DNA of 64,000 nucleotides from Candidatus Buchananbacteria bacterium (GTDB lineage: Bacteria; Patescibacteriota; Patescibacteriia; 2-01-FULL-39-33): positions 6,393 to 70,392 of the forward strand of contig CAISTG010000004.1 in the NCBI GenBank assembly GCA_903888345.1, in the 5' to 3' direction. Under the pieces are notes generated by a model that was not told the DNA's origin, did no database searches, and saw only the letters and a program-made list of their open reading frames with translations. The position numbers and the translations under genes were made by a program. Every line of letters begins with the position of its first letter. The stretch's first letter is position 1. Below are positions 47,671 through 57,653 of the stretch, one piece after another.

Positions 47671-49053
47671 ATGAAAATAAATAAAAACATTTTTAAGGAA
47701 TACGATATCCGCGGTAAGTATCCGGAAGAATTAGATGAAAATACTGCCTATGCTTTGGGTTTGTCGTTTGCTAAATTGATTAAAGCCAAAAAAGTAATCA
47801 TTGGTCGCGATGCACGTCGCGAATCTGAGAAAGTATTTTGGCCGCTAGTTTTGGGTTTACTAGACAGTGGAGTCAAGGTTGATGATTTGGGTGTTTGCGC
47901 TACACCGGAATTGTTTTTTGCTGTTGGTGTCAAAAACTATGATGCTGGTTGTATGGTAACAGCTTCGCATTCGCCAGCCGGACAGACGGGCTATAAATTC
48001 TGCGATGGTCGTGGTCGCCCCTTGTTAACGGTTAGTCTCAACAAATTACAATCGATAGCTGGCCAAGTCAAACAGAAATTCGACGTTGCTGAATTAAAAA
48101 AACAAACTAAAGCGATCGACTTTGTTTCAGTGGTAGCGGAATACAAAAAATTTGCTTTGTCATTTATTAAGCCCGAAATACTAAAGAATTTAAAAATCGT
48201 CTTGGACGCCTCGAGTGGTTCCGGGTCGCGCTTAGCCGAAGATGTTTTTTGTGCTTTGCCGGCCACTGCTATTTTAATGAATTTTTGTACCACTGATCAG
48301 TATCCCGACCACGGTCCGAATCCCTTATTGCCGGAAAACCAGCAGTCAATTATTAAAAAAATAAAATCCGAGCAAGCTGATCTGGGAGTGTTGTTTGATG
48401 GCGATGCTGATCGTGCGATATTTTTTGATGAGACTGGAACTTTTGTGGAGCCGTATTACATTAATTGTTTATTATCGGAGCTAATACTTAAGAATAATAA
48501 GAAGATCAAATTAATGGTGGATGCGCGCTTAAGTCTCGGAATTTCAGAGACGATCAAGAGAGCGGGCGGGAAAGTTGTAAGACATCGCAGTGGTTTTTCT
48601 AATATCATCAACTCCATGGTGGCAAAAAATATATTGTTCGGTTGTGAAAATTCTGGTCATTTCATGTTTAATTTTGGCCTGAAAAAGAAAGGTAATTTCG
48701 TTTATGGCGAAGCCATTATCCCGGTTTTATTGGTGTTAAATTATTTGCAACAGAAAAAAATTAAATTGGCGCAAGCGCTTAAGCCGTTTAAAGACCAGTA
48801 TTTAATTTCTGGAGAGCTTAATTTTAAAACCGCTAAGTTTGCGGCTATTTGTAAAGTTTTACAGAAAAAGTTTGTCGGTTTAAAGTCAGATGAGATTGAT
48901 GGTTTATCATTTTTCGGTCCTAAAGGTGAATGGTTTTTTAATTTACGCACCTCACATACGGAGCCGGTAATCAGATTAAATATCGAAGCGAAAAATAGAG
49001 AGAAATTAAATCAGTTGAGAACAGAGATTGTTGCTATTATTAATAAATTTTAA
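47671..49053 (+). CDS. Phosphomannomutase/phosphoglucomutase
   Basis: 'FKEYDIRG', 'TASHSP', 'FDGDADR', 'ENSGH', 'LRTSHTEP'. Confidence 0.93.
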   Translation: MKINKNIFKEYDIRGKYPEELDENTAYALGLSFAKLIKAKKVIIGRDARRESEKVFWPLVLGLLDSGVKVDDLGVCATPELFFAVGVKNYDAGCMVTASHSPAGQTGYKFCDGRGRPLLTVSLNKLQSIAGQVKQKFDVAELKKQTKAIDFVSVVAEYKKFALSFIKPEILKNLKIVLDASSGSGSRLAEDVFCALPATAILMNFCTTDQYPDHGPNPLLPENQQSIIKKIKSEQADLGVLFDGDADRAIFFDETGTFVEPYYINCLLSELILKNNKKIKLMVDARLSLGISETIKRAGGKVVRHRSGFSNIINSMVAKNILFGCENSGHFMFNFGLKKKGNFVYGEAIIPVLLVLNYLQQKKIKLAQALKPFKDQYLISGELNFKTAKFAAICKVLQKKFVGLKSDEIDGLSFFGPKGEWFFNLRTSHTEPVIRLNIEAKNREKLNQLRTEIVAIINKF

Positions 49054-49062
49054 TTATATTTT

Positions 49063-49332
49063 ATGGCTAACAAATTTACGGCTGAACAAGCACAAGAAAC
49101 TGGGGAGCGGCTGGGAATAGATTGGACAAAATTTGATGTCGAACAATTTCGGATGGGAATGGACGTTGAATTGGAACATGGTACTCGCGATCCTAAAACC
49201 AACGTCACTAATGACGGACCATTTGTCACGGGAAAAATCGCTTTGGCTCATCTTAATGAATTTCCCGATTATTATACCCGCCTAAAAGCGATGGAAGAGG
49301 AAGCCGAAGCCTTTTGGGGAAAAGAAGACTAA
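49063..49332 (+). CDS. Conserved hypothetical protein (DUF5661-like)
   Basis: 'GMDVELEHG', 'KIALAHLNEFPDYYTRL'. Confidence 0.8.
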   Translation: MANKFTAEQAQETGERLGIDWTKFDVEQFRMGMDVELEHGTRDPKTNVTNDGPFVTGKIALAHLNEFPDYYTRLKAMEEEAEAFWGKED

Positions 49333-49462
49333 CCATTTTAAGAAATCCGTCGTAGGAAACTGGGCGGATTTTTTCATTGACAAAGTTGATTTTTCTGCGT
49401 ATAGTGTCAACAGCTCTTTTACAGCAACCACGGTCCATATAACCAAATAGGAGGCACAGATT

Positions 49463-50938
49463 ATGGACTTTCACCAACCGGAACCGGCCGCAGTTAGTCA
49501 CACCGTTTTATTGATTTTTTCGGTCATTTCTATGAGCACTATGATGGGTACTCTCTTGTCACAGTGTGATTCTAGTCCGCCGGTAATTACTCTTAGTCCG
49601 GTTTCTCAGGTAGCCAATCCTGGTTCGCGGGTGGAGTTCGCGGTTGTAGCCACTGGGGGTCGCGCTTATTCTTGGAGTCATGACGGTCAAGAAATTTCCG
49701 GTCAGACGGAGGCGTCGCTGGTCTTTGACCAGGCCGCTCAAGAAAATGAGGGCAGCTATACCTGCTTGGTTTCTAACAATCAAGGCTCGGTCGTGACTGA
49801 ACCAGCTACCCTGGATGTTAATGATCCGCCAGTGATTGTCGAAAACTTTACGTCGCAAACAGTGACCGAGGGTCAGGAGTTAATTTTGACTGGTCAAGTT
49901 AGTGGCACAGAACCGTTCACTTATCGGATTTTACACAACAACAAATTAGTGGCGGAAACCGCTGAATGTCGTTGGCGTATTGAGCAGGTAACTCTGGATG
50001 ATATTGGTCCCTGGCGTTTTGCCGTGACTAATGTTACAGGGATTTCACTTCGCTCAGATCCGGTCAATGTGATCGTGAAACCAATTATTATTACGCCCGA
50101 AGGAGAGGGCGAGGGTGAAGGTGAGGGCGAGCCGCCGATCGAGGGTGAGCCGGAACCTATCTTGTGTCAGCAGAATTTCTGTGCGACAGCCAATGATGGC
50201 GATAATGCGAGTTCGCCGATTGATAAGAGTTTTTGTGAATATTTCGCTGATCTATTTACAAATGCTCCGCGAGACCTATTGGGTAATTATGTAAAGTTTG
50301 TTAATCTGTTCGATCCTAGTAAGCCGGGCGATATGAATGGTGCTTCATCCATTGACAAGTCTCAGGGTGAAGATAAAATGACAATTCAGGTCGGGAGTAA
50401 CCATATTCCTGATTGTGCCTACGAACTAAAATTGATCGAGGCAGTATTGCTAAAGCGAGATTTCTGCGAGTGTCACAGTGGTTTAAGTCATAAGCTGGTT
50501 CATGAGGCCTGGAATTTCAATATGGCCCGACTATCGCAAGATTTTGCTGGCTTGTATTGGACTTTGGCCGATGCAGTTTTGCCAGGCTTCAAGCAGATCT
50601 TGTGTGCTCATATGATGATTGGTAATGGCAATATCCAGTATTATAAGGATGATGTTCTGGTGCCGTTAACTGATCCGGAAAATGCCAATGCCAATAAAGT
50701 TATCGGTTATGGCTCAGGTGGCTTGGTTCAAGGAATCGCTTTCCTGCTGGGCAAAAATATTGCCAACTCTCGTTTGAATTTAGCGGATTATGCAACTTTG
50801 CCCGAATACTTTGGTCCGGATGGCGATGCTGATGGTGATGGAACAACTAATGCCGAAGAGTATGATGCTTTTGGATCTACTCCCGAGGCTTATGTGGCAG
50901 CAGCCCTTGATCCCGAAATCCATCTTGATAAGAAGTAG
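49463..50938 (+). CDS. Immunoglobulin-domain surface protein with EGEGEG linker and Ca-binding-like DGDADGDG tail (accessory unit)
   Basis: Two Ig I-set-like repeats ('YSW...G..I','EGSYTCLVSN'); SD AGGAGG; promoter TTGACA(49377)-17-TATAGT. Confidence 0.8.
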   Translation: MDFHQPEPAAVSHTVLLIFSVISMSTMMGTLLSQCDSSPPVITLSPVSQVANPGSRVEFAVVATGGRAYSWSHDGQEISGQTEASLVFDQAAQENEGSYTCLVSNNQGSVVTEPATLDVNDPPVIVENFTSQTVTEGQELILTGQVSGTEPFTYRILHNNKLVAETAECRWRIEQVTLDDIGPWRFAVTNVTGISLRSDPVNVIVKPIIITPEGEGEGEGEGEPPIEGEPEPILCQQNFCATANDGDNASSPIDKSFCEYFADLFTNAPRDLLGNYVKFVNLFDPSKPGDMNGASSIDKSQGEDKMTIQVGSNHIPDCAYELKLIEAVLLKRDFCECHSGLSHKLVHEAWNFNMARLSQDFAGLYWTLADAVLPGFKQILCAHMMIGNGNIQYYKDDVLVPLTDPENANANKVIGYGSGGLVQGIAFLLGKNIANSRLNLADYATLPEYFGPDGDADGDGTTNAEEYDAFGSTPEAYVAAALDPEIHLDKK

Positions 50939-51023
50939 AACTTTAGATCCCTGAGCGGGAGGAGAAATTCTTCCGCTTTTTTATTTCAATATGTATGATA
51001 AGATATTTATATATAATTAATTT

Positions 51024-51794
51024 ATGATTGGTATTTTTGACTCCGGTGTCGGAGGTTTAACAGTGGTCAAGGAACTGCGACGGCAACTGCCGGGCGCGTC
51101 TTTTATTTATCTTGGTGATAATGCCCGCACACCCTATGGTAATCGCAGTCAGGATATTATTCAAAAATATTCCAGTGATGATGTTGAGTTTTTGATTGGT
51201 AAGGGCGCTAAGGTAATTGTCGTCGCCTGTAATACTGCCTCAGCTTTAGCGGGTGAGTATTTAAAACAGAAATATGACTTGCCGATTTTTGAAGTGATTA
51301 CTCCAGCGGCAGCAGCAGCCTCTCAAGTGGCGATAGGACATGTGGGGGTGATTGGCACCCGTGGTACCATCAACAGCAATGCGTACGGTCGACAGCTTCA
51401 GGGATTACGTCCCGAATTATTAATCTCTTCTCAGGCTTGCCCGTTGTTGGTGCCATTAGTCGAAGAAAATTTGTTCAACCGGGCCGAAACCAAAATGATT
51501 TTGCGCAGTTATTTGCATCCTCTAAAATTAAAAGGAGTGGATACTTTGATTTTGGGTTGTACGCATTATCCGTTACTCAAAAAGCATATTCAGATAAAGG
51601 TTGGTGGACAAGTTAAATTGATTGATCCAGCCGAAGAAGTGATTAAGTCGCTGGGTGAGTATCTACTGGCGACTAAGCAAAATTTCGGTGATGGCGTTGC
51701 CGAATTTTATGCTACTGATCCTGATAGTCGGTTTAAGGAAATCGGCGAAGTCTGGCTGCAAGAAGAAATTGATTTACAGCGGGCTACTTTATAA
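51024..51794 (+). CDS. murI: Glutamate racemase
   Basis: 'IFDSGVGGLTV', 'PYG', 'ACNTAS', 'LGCTHYP'. Confidence 0.97.
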   Translation: MIGIFDSGVGGLTVVKELRRQLPGASFIYLGDNARTPYGNRSQDIIQKYSSDDVEFLIGKGAKVIVVACNTASALAGEYLKQKYDLPIFEVITPAAAAASQVAIGHVGVIGTRGTINSNAYGRQLQGLRPELLISSQACPLLVPLVEENLFNRAETKMILRSYLHPLKLKGVDTLILGCTHYPLLKKHIQIKVGGQVKLIDPAEEVIKSLGEYLLATKQNFGDGVAEFYATDPDSRFKEIGEVWLQEEIDLQRATL

Positions 51795-51852
51795 TTTAAT
51801 CTCAAAAAAAGAATCCCAGTCGCTTCATAGCGGCTGGGATTTTGTGAACAAG

Positions 51853-53337
51853 TTATCTAACTTTAATTTTCAACTTTTCTTTTTCTTTGGGAATAACCAC
51901 CTGAGTACCATCAGGCGAGAATTCAGCTTCGAGTAATTGTTTCAAGTTGGCACTGCCAGTTTCTTCTCCGTGGAGAATAAAGATGGTTTGACCAGTTGCT
52001 TCAACTGAAAGAACGGCCTTGGCGTAATCAACGAGTTCAGAGCAATCAGCATGAGCCGAAAAACTTTGAAACAATTTGATTTGCGCTTTGATAATAACTT
52101 CTTGGCCATTCATATTGACTTTGGCAGGATTGCCTTGAAGTTTTCGGCCTAAGCTTGCCGGTGACATGTAGCCAACCAAACAAACAATAGTCTGATCACT
52201 GGGCAAATTGACGCGCAGGTGATTTCTCACGCGTCCCGCATCACACATTCCAGATCCGGAAATAACAATCAGTGGTGCCATTTTTCCGGCCAACTGGATT
52301 GATTCCTCATAGTCGGTAATAAATTGGACGTAAGGATTTTCTTTGTTAAACGGATTAAAGTCCAGCGTGTGCTTGTTTTTGAATGATCCTAGATCCCAGT
52401 ACTTGGCATAGACTTCAGTCAGCTTTACCGACATCGGGGAATCCAAGTAAATTGGAATGTCGGGTATTTTACCAGATTTCATGGCGAGCGTGAGCAAATA
52501 GATCAATTCCTGACTTCGTTGCAGAGCAAAGGAGGGGATGATAATCTTTTTGCCGCTTGAAGCGGCTTCGGTAATCGTCGCAAACAATTCATCAACTTCA
52601 GGTTGACGTTCCGGATGATGCTTATTTCCGTAAGTCGATTCGGTAAACCAGCAATCGAGCGGTTCTTTGACTACTGCCGGCGGATAAAGAAGCATACCTT
52701 CTTGCCGGCCCAAATCGCCGCTGAATCCTAAACGTAGGACTTTTTTGCTTTTCGGTTCCGTCATCGTCAAAACGGAAATGGCTCCACCCAAAATATGTCC
52801 TGAGGCATAAAACTTCAAAGTCATCTGATTAGACAGTTTGACTTGCTCTTTGTAGGTCAAGCCAGATTTCATAATCAAATTAATCGCCTTGGCGACATCA
52901 CGTTCCGTAAACAAGGGCCCAGTTTCTTTCGAGGTGCGGTCTTTGTTACGGGGGCGTTCATCGGCATGTTGGCACTTTCTTTTGGCCAACTCGCGCTGAA
53001 TCTTAAAAGAGTCAGCCAGCATGATAGGAATTAGGTCAGCCGTTTGTTTGGTACAGAGCACTTTTCCTTTAAAGCCGTTATTTACCAAAAACGGCAACAG
53101 GCCGACATGGTCAATATGAGCATGGGTGATGATGACGTAGTCAACTTTAGCCGGATTAATGCTTTTGAGCAGTTTGGAATTGTTGGCAAAAAAGTTTTTG
53201 ACATCGCCCTGAACTAGGCCGACATCAACCAGAATAGTCGTAGTCTTTTTTCCGCAGCTGACCGAAATTGCAGTGCAAGAACCGGTCAGATTGTCCGATG
53301 TGGCTAGGCCGCCGAGAAATTCCAGCGATACATCCAT
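51853..53337 (-). CDS. MBL-fold beta-CASP metallo-hydrolase (putative RNase)
   Basis: 'THAHIDHVG', 'GHILG', 'SGDLG', 'ESTYG', 'IPSFALQRSQE', 'SGMCDAGR', 'FSAHAD'; SD AAGGAG. Confidence 0.92.
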   Translation of the reverse strand: MDVSLEFLGGLATSDNLTGSCTAISVSCGKKTTTILVDVGLVQGDVKNFFANNSKLLKSINPAKVDYVIITHAHIDHVGLLPFLVNNGFKGKVLCTKQTADLIPIMLADSFKIQRELAKRKCQHADERPRNKDRTSKETGPLFTERDVAKAINLIMKSGLTYKEQVKLSNQMTLKFYASGHILGGAISVLTMTEPKSKKVLRLGFSGDLGRQEGMLLYPPAVVKEPLDCWFTESTYGNKHHPERQPEVDELFATITEAASSGKKIIIPSFALQRSQELIYLLTLAMKSGKIPDIPIYLDSPMSVKLTEVYAKYWDLGSFKNKHTLDFNPFNKENPYVQFITDYEESIQLAGKMAPLIVISGSGMCDAGRVRNHLRVNLPSDQTIVCLVGYMSPASLGRKLQGNPAKVNMNGQEVIIKAQIKLFQSFSAHADCSELVDYAKAVLSVEATGQTIFILHGEETGSANLKQLLEAEFSPDGTQVVIPKEKEKLKIKVR

Positions 53338-53562
53338 TGCTTTCTCCTTGGTTGATGGTTGCGGACGTTGTGAGGGGTAATGATGGCCTTATATTTTCAA
53401 GGAACTGAAACTATCTTTCTGGTTTTCATCTTATAGTATAATCAAATTTTATGCAAATTTAATAGATTTTGTGCCGATATTTGATAATACTCAACATTTA
53501 TCGGTAAAAAAAGCCGTCCCGCCTCAGTTTTGATAAACTGAGATTGGACGGCAGTTAAGGTA

Positions 53563-54738
53563 CTAAAATTTTTGCTTAATGGTTTCTACCACCTGCATTT
53601 TGGCTTCTTGCTTGGCGCGGCGAATGGCGTTGGCAATAGCCATCGAGTCAGATTTGCCATGACTGATAATCAAAATACCGTTAACTCCCAGGAGGATGGC
53701 GCCACCAACTTCTTTATAGTCAGAGCGTTTGTGATGGTTCCAGAAAAAGGAAACAAATTTCCATAGTATGCCCATCTTGTCTTTGACTAAATTGAGTACG
53801 CCCTCGCCGACTTTAATAGTGTTGTTGCCCATCTCGCCGGAGCAAACAATTACATTAACATCGTCGGTAAAAACTTTGTCGCCTTCGATGTTGCCCTGAT
53901 AATTTATTTTTCCGTCTAGCGAACCATCAGGGAGTCTTTTGTGCTTCTTATTTCCCAAATCCCAATAAGAGTTGCTATGGAGGAGACTGTCAGCACCCTT
54001 GATGTCGGGATTGCCCTTGCCTGCTTCACCGCCAATATTTAGCAATTTAACAATCGGCTCTTCTATTTGCCACATGGCTTGGGCATAAATTGATCCCATC
54101 AGGGCACAGTTGTATAAATCTTCGGCCGAGGCGCGATGAATCGCTCCCGCATCAAGAATCAGACAGCCATTGGAATTATTATTAGGCAAAGGGACGGCAA
54201 TCGCTGGCTTCACATTTTTTCCTGGTTTGCCCAGGATAAATGATCCTAGCCCGACCATGCCAGCAGTATTGCCGGCGGAAACTAAGGCGCGAGCTTTTGC
54301 AGTTTTTACCATATTGATGCCAATACCCATGGCGGAAGTGCGACGTTTTTTACCGATTGTATTATAGTCGTCATCCATCTCGATCTTGTCGGTACATTCC
54401 AGGGCGAGGACACCTTCGAGTGGATTTTTGAAGATCCGCAAAAATTGCCAACAGCGATCAATCCAACTCAATTCGTAGAATTTCTTGATGGCTGCGGAAG
54501 TGCCGATAGCAATAATTTCCTCCGGTTCAACAAAGTCTTCAATAATGGCTTTTTTGATGCCTCTTTTAACCGCGTCCGGTGCATTGTCGCCACCATCTAA
54601 GTCAACGACAATGATCGTCTTTGGCTCCTCTGGTTCGTCGTTGAGAATTTGCGGTACACGACGGCGTAGCCTGTTGATGGTTCGCTTGAAGACGCCAATA
54701 AAATCTTCCCAATGTTCGCGAAGCTTTTCTTTATCCAT
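53563..54738 (-). CDS. plsX: Phosphate acyltransferase PlsX-like protein
   Basis: 'VDLDGGDNAP', 'VSAGNTA', 'LDAGA', 'LLNIGGEAGKG', 'GNIEG', 'GGAILLGVNG..IISHGKS'; SD CAGGAG. Confidence 0.85.
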   Translation of the reverse strand: MDKEKLREHWEDFIGVFKRTINRLRRRVPQILNDEPEEPKTIIVVDLDGGDNAPDAVKRGIKKAIIEDFVEPEEIIAIGTSAAIKKFYELSWIDRCWQFLRIFKNPLEGVLALECTDKIEMDDDYNTIGKKRRTSAMGIGINMVKTAKARALVSAGNTAGMVGLGSFILGKPGKNVKPAIAVPLPNNNSNGCLILDAGAIHRASAEDLYNCALMGSIYAQAMWQIEEPIVKLLNIGGEAGKGNPDIKGADSLLHSNSYWDLGNKKHKRLPDGSLDGKINYQGNIEGDKVFTDDVNVIVCSGEMGNNTIKVGEGVLNLVKDKMGILWKFVSFFWNHHKRSDYKEVGGAILLGVNGILIISHGKSDSMAIANAIRRAKQEAKMQVVETIKQKF

Positions 54739-54879
54739 GATGTTTCTCCTGTGTTTTGATTATTTTAAAGGTGCTTAAGGCTATCTTATCAAATTATGGC
54801 CAAATGGCAAGTGAGATTTTAGTAACTAAAAACCCCCGTTGTTCAGACGGGGGTTTTGCGAATTATATTAGCCGTTTTG

Positions 54880-56157
54880 TTATTCTTTAACTTCTTCAGC
54901 GACCTCAGTTGGAGCTTCGGCTTCAGTAGTTTCTTCCTTTTTCTTGCGGCCTCGTTTTTTGACTTCTTTTACTTCTTCAGTGGTTTCAGCTTCTTCAGTC
55001 TTGGTTTCGGTAGCTTCAACCTTAGTTTCAGCCACTTCGGTTTTGACTTCTTTAGCTTCCTTAGTGCTGGACTTTGGTTTAGCTAAGCTCAAACCTAAAC
55101 GATGGTTTTTTGGTTCGATAGAAACAACGTAGAATTCAACTTCATCACCAGCTTTAGCGATATCGGTTGGGTTCAAATTGCTCTTATCAGATAATTGAGA
55201 AACGTGAGCTAAGCCTTGGATGTTTTTTTCGAGTTCAACAAATAAGCCGAAAGGATTTACTTTGATAACAGTACCCTTAACTTTTTGACCGACTTTGTAT
55301 TTGCTTTCAATACCAACCCAAGGGTCATGTTCTAATTTCTTCATGGATAAGAAAATCTTAGAATTTTCAATACCGATAATTTCGGCTTTGACTTTCTGAC
55401 CGACTTTAACAAAGTCATGAGGATTGTCGATTCTTTGCCAAGCTATTTCGGAAATATGGATTAAGCCTTCTAACTTATCGGAGAATTCAACGAAGACACC
55501 GAAGTCAGTAACGGCCGTGACAGTACCTTCGACGGACATGCCAACTTTATATTTGCCGATAACGTCTTTTTGGGTTTCTTCCCAAGCGGCTTTTTCGGAA
55601 ACAATTAACTTATCATCATTCTCGTTAGCATCGATAACCTTAACTTCAAATTTCTTGCCAACGTAGCTTTTTAAGATTTCATAAATACGATTCTTGTCGC
55701 CACCCGGAACGCGAGGATAGTGCTCTGGGGATAATTGAGAAACTGGTAAGAAGCCATTAATACTTTCTACCTTGATCATCAAACCACCCTTGTTAGCTTC
55801 AGTGATGACACATTGAACGATTTCACCGCTCTTAATATAATCAGCCAAAGTCTGCCAAGCTTTTTGTTTGCCGGCATATTGGAAGGATAATTCAACTTCA
55901 CCATTTTCATTTTCTAATTCTAAAACAGTCGCTTCGATTAAATCGCCAGCTTTTAAGTTTTTGTAAGCATCACCTTCATCATAACGTTCTTTGCCACGAA
56001 TAACACCAGTCATGGTGCCGTTCAAATCGACGTGAATTTCGTTCTTATCGATTGAAATTACATTACCGCGGGTAAGATCACCAATTTTAGGTAAATCAAA
56101 ATACTGCTTTTCATCAAGCAGTTTTCCCATTTCGGAGTTTTTGTTTCCGTAAATCAT
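54880..56157 (-). CDS. rpsA: 30S ribosomal protein S1
   Basis: Four S1 domains ('GFLPVSQL','FGVFVEF','GLIHISE','GLAHVSQL'). Confidence 0.92.
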   Translation of the reverse strand: MIYGNKNSEMGKLLDEKQYFDLPKIGDLTRGNVISIDKNEIHVDLNGTMTGVIRGKERYDEGDAYKNLKAGDLIEATVLELENENGEVELSFQYAGKQKAWQTLADYIKSGEIVQCVITEANKGGLMIKVESINGFLPVSQLSPEHYPRVPGGDKNRIYEILKSYVGKKFEVKVIDANENDDKLIVSEKAAWEETQKDVIGKYKVGMSVEGTVTAVTDFGVFVEFSDKLEGLIHISEIAWQRIDNPHDFVKVGQKVKAEIIGIENSKIFLSMKKLEHDPWVGIESKYKVGQKVKGTVIKVNPFGLFVELEKNIQGLAHVSQLSDKSNLNPTDIAKAGDEVEFYVVSIEPKNHRLGLSLAKPKSSTKEAKEVKTEVAETKVEATETKTEEAETTEEVKEVKKRGRKKKEETTEAEAPTEVAEEVKE

Positions 56158-56495
56158 ACTTTAGTTGTAGCCATTAATTAACCGGACCACGGGCGTCGCT
56201 AGAATCTGGCCCAAGCCTAGCGAAAACCTTAATCGTTTCCCAGTACCGCTTTTTATTAAATTGCGGATTTGCTTTAATTTGTAAGGTAATTATAACAAAA
56301 GATGCTTTAAAAGTCAATATTAGACTAATAATTAAATATAGTGAATATATTTTATCTAAATTTAAACAAAAAACTGAATCGAGAAATCCTTTGGTTGGCG
56401 CTGATTGACTTTTTGTTGTTTTACTGATATAAATAGGTATTCAAGTGAATTTGAATACGTACCTAAACATTCAGAACAAAGAGGAGTTCATGGTT

Positions 56496-56816
56496 ATGAA
56501 CATGCAGCCAGTTATTAATGGATTAATTGAGAATTATGATTCCAAATTAAGCAAGACTTGGGTTAATTTACCCTCTTCATTTGCACTTCATTCGGGAATT
56601 GAATCCTTGGTTATGTGTGGTTTTTTAACGCCGGAGGACATTCAGTGGGTTTGGCAGTATGGAAAAATTTCCTTCGGTATGAACGAGAGGCAATTTCGAT
56701 CACTGAGAAGTCGTGCTCAGCGTTACCACGCTGAAAGATTGAGGGCGGGAAGGGAATTTGAAAAAAATAACGCTCGATTACGACAGCAGAACTTCAACCC
56801 CAAAAGGACCTATTAA
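56496..56816 (+). CDS. Hypothetical protein (accessory unit)
   Basis: SD GAGGAG at 56481; promoter TTGACT(56405)-17-TATAAA. Confidence 0.6.
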   Translation: MNMQPVINGLIENYDSKLSKTWVNLPSSFALHSGIESLVMCGFLTPEDIQWVWQYGKISFGMNERQFRSLRSRAQRYHAERLRAGREFEKNNARLRQQNFNPKRTY

Positions 56817-56817
56817 A

Positions 56818-57117
56818 ATGAATCTGGAGCTTATTGGCGGTATCGTCTTCGTGTTGTTTCTTGTTGGCGTGACGGTCTGGCTGTTTCAGATGTGGCTGTC
56901 AGCAGTAAAGTGCGGGCGACAACTGTTGGCCCAAGATCAATTGCAGTCGATGCAGGCGGTGCTGGGAAAGCGGCCGAGCGAGTCTGTTCCTATGTTCGAT
57001 GGCGAGACCAGGATGTATTGTCTGATTAACGTAATCTTCGGCGGGCTGACCTGCCTAATGATTGGTTATCTCGCAGTTGCTGGCTTGATTAGTTGCGGTC
57101 TCTATCTTTGTTCTTGA
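56818..57117 (+). CDS. Small two-TM membrane protein
   Basis: SD AAGGA; two hydrophobic helices; terminator follows. Confidence 0.6.
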   Translation: MNLELIGGIVFVLFLVGVTVWLFQMWLSAVKCGRQLLAQDQLQSMQAVLGKRPSESVPMFDGETRMYCLINVIFGGLTCLMIGYLAVAGLISCGLYLCS

Positions 57118-57220
57118 ACTGAACCTTTTCCCGTGTCGGACAAAAGTGGCACGGGATTTATTTTATCTTTTGGATTGACTTTAATTATAAAAAATAATAG
57201 AATTTGAGAATTAACTATAT

Positions 57221-57538
57221 ATGGCTTTTATCAAAAAACAAGAAGACTTTATCTGTAAGTATTGTGGCGCCGAAGTTAAGGGTACTGGTTATACTAACCA
57301 CTGTACTAAATGCTTATGGTCACGACACGTAGACGTTAATCCGGGTGATCGCGCGGCTGAGTGTCGTGGCGGTATGCGTCCAGCTGATTTATTTTATCGC
57401 GGTGGCAAATGGATTATTTCTCATCGCTGTGAAAGTTGCGGCTATATTAGCAATGATAAAATTAGAGAAGAGGATGACTTTAATGAAGTGGTGCGTCTGG
57501 AAAAAGAAATTAATGATAAAAAAATTAAACGTTTTTAA
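57221..57538 (+). CDS. RNHCP-domain zinc-binding protein
   Basis: 'FICKYCG', 'NHCTKCLWSRHVD..PGDRA..C', 'HRCESCG'. Confidence 0.9.
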   Translation: MAFIKKQEDFICKYCGAEVKGTGYTNHCTKCLWSRHVDVNPGDRAAECRGGMRPADLFYRGGKWIISHRCESCGYISNDKIREEDDFNEVVRLEKEINDKKIKRF

Positions 57539-57653
57539 TTAATTTTAACTTAGTTGGCAAGTTATTATATATATTAAGATTCGGTTTTAGTCTTTAGTGA
57601 TTAAAGCCGATTTTTTATTTGTCGGCATTATATGTTATAATTAAAATAATTAT

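Noticed and set aside
56160-56290. Named riboswitch in the rpsA leader (also the RRM leader, 4300-4428)
   Set aside because: Hairpins are present but I could not match any known aptamer consensus
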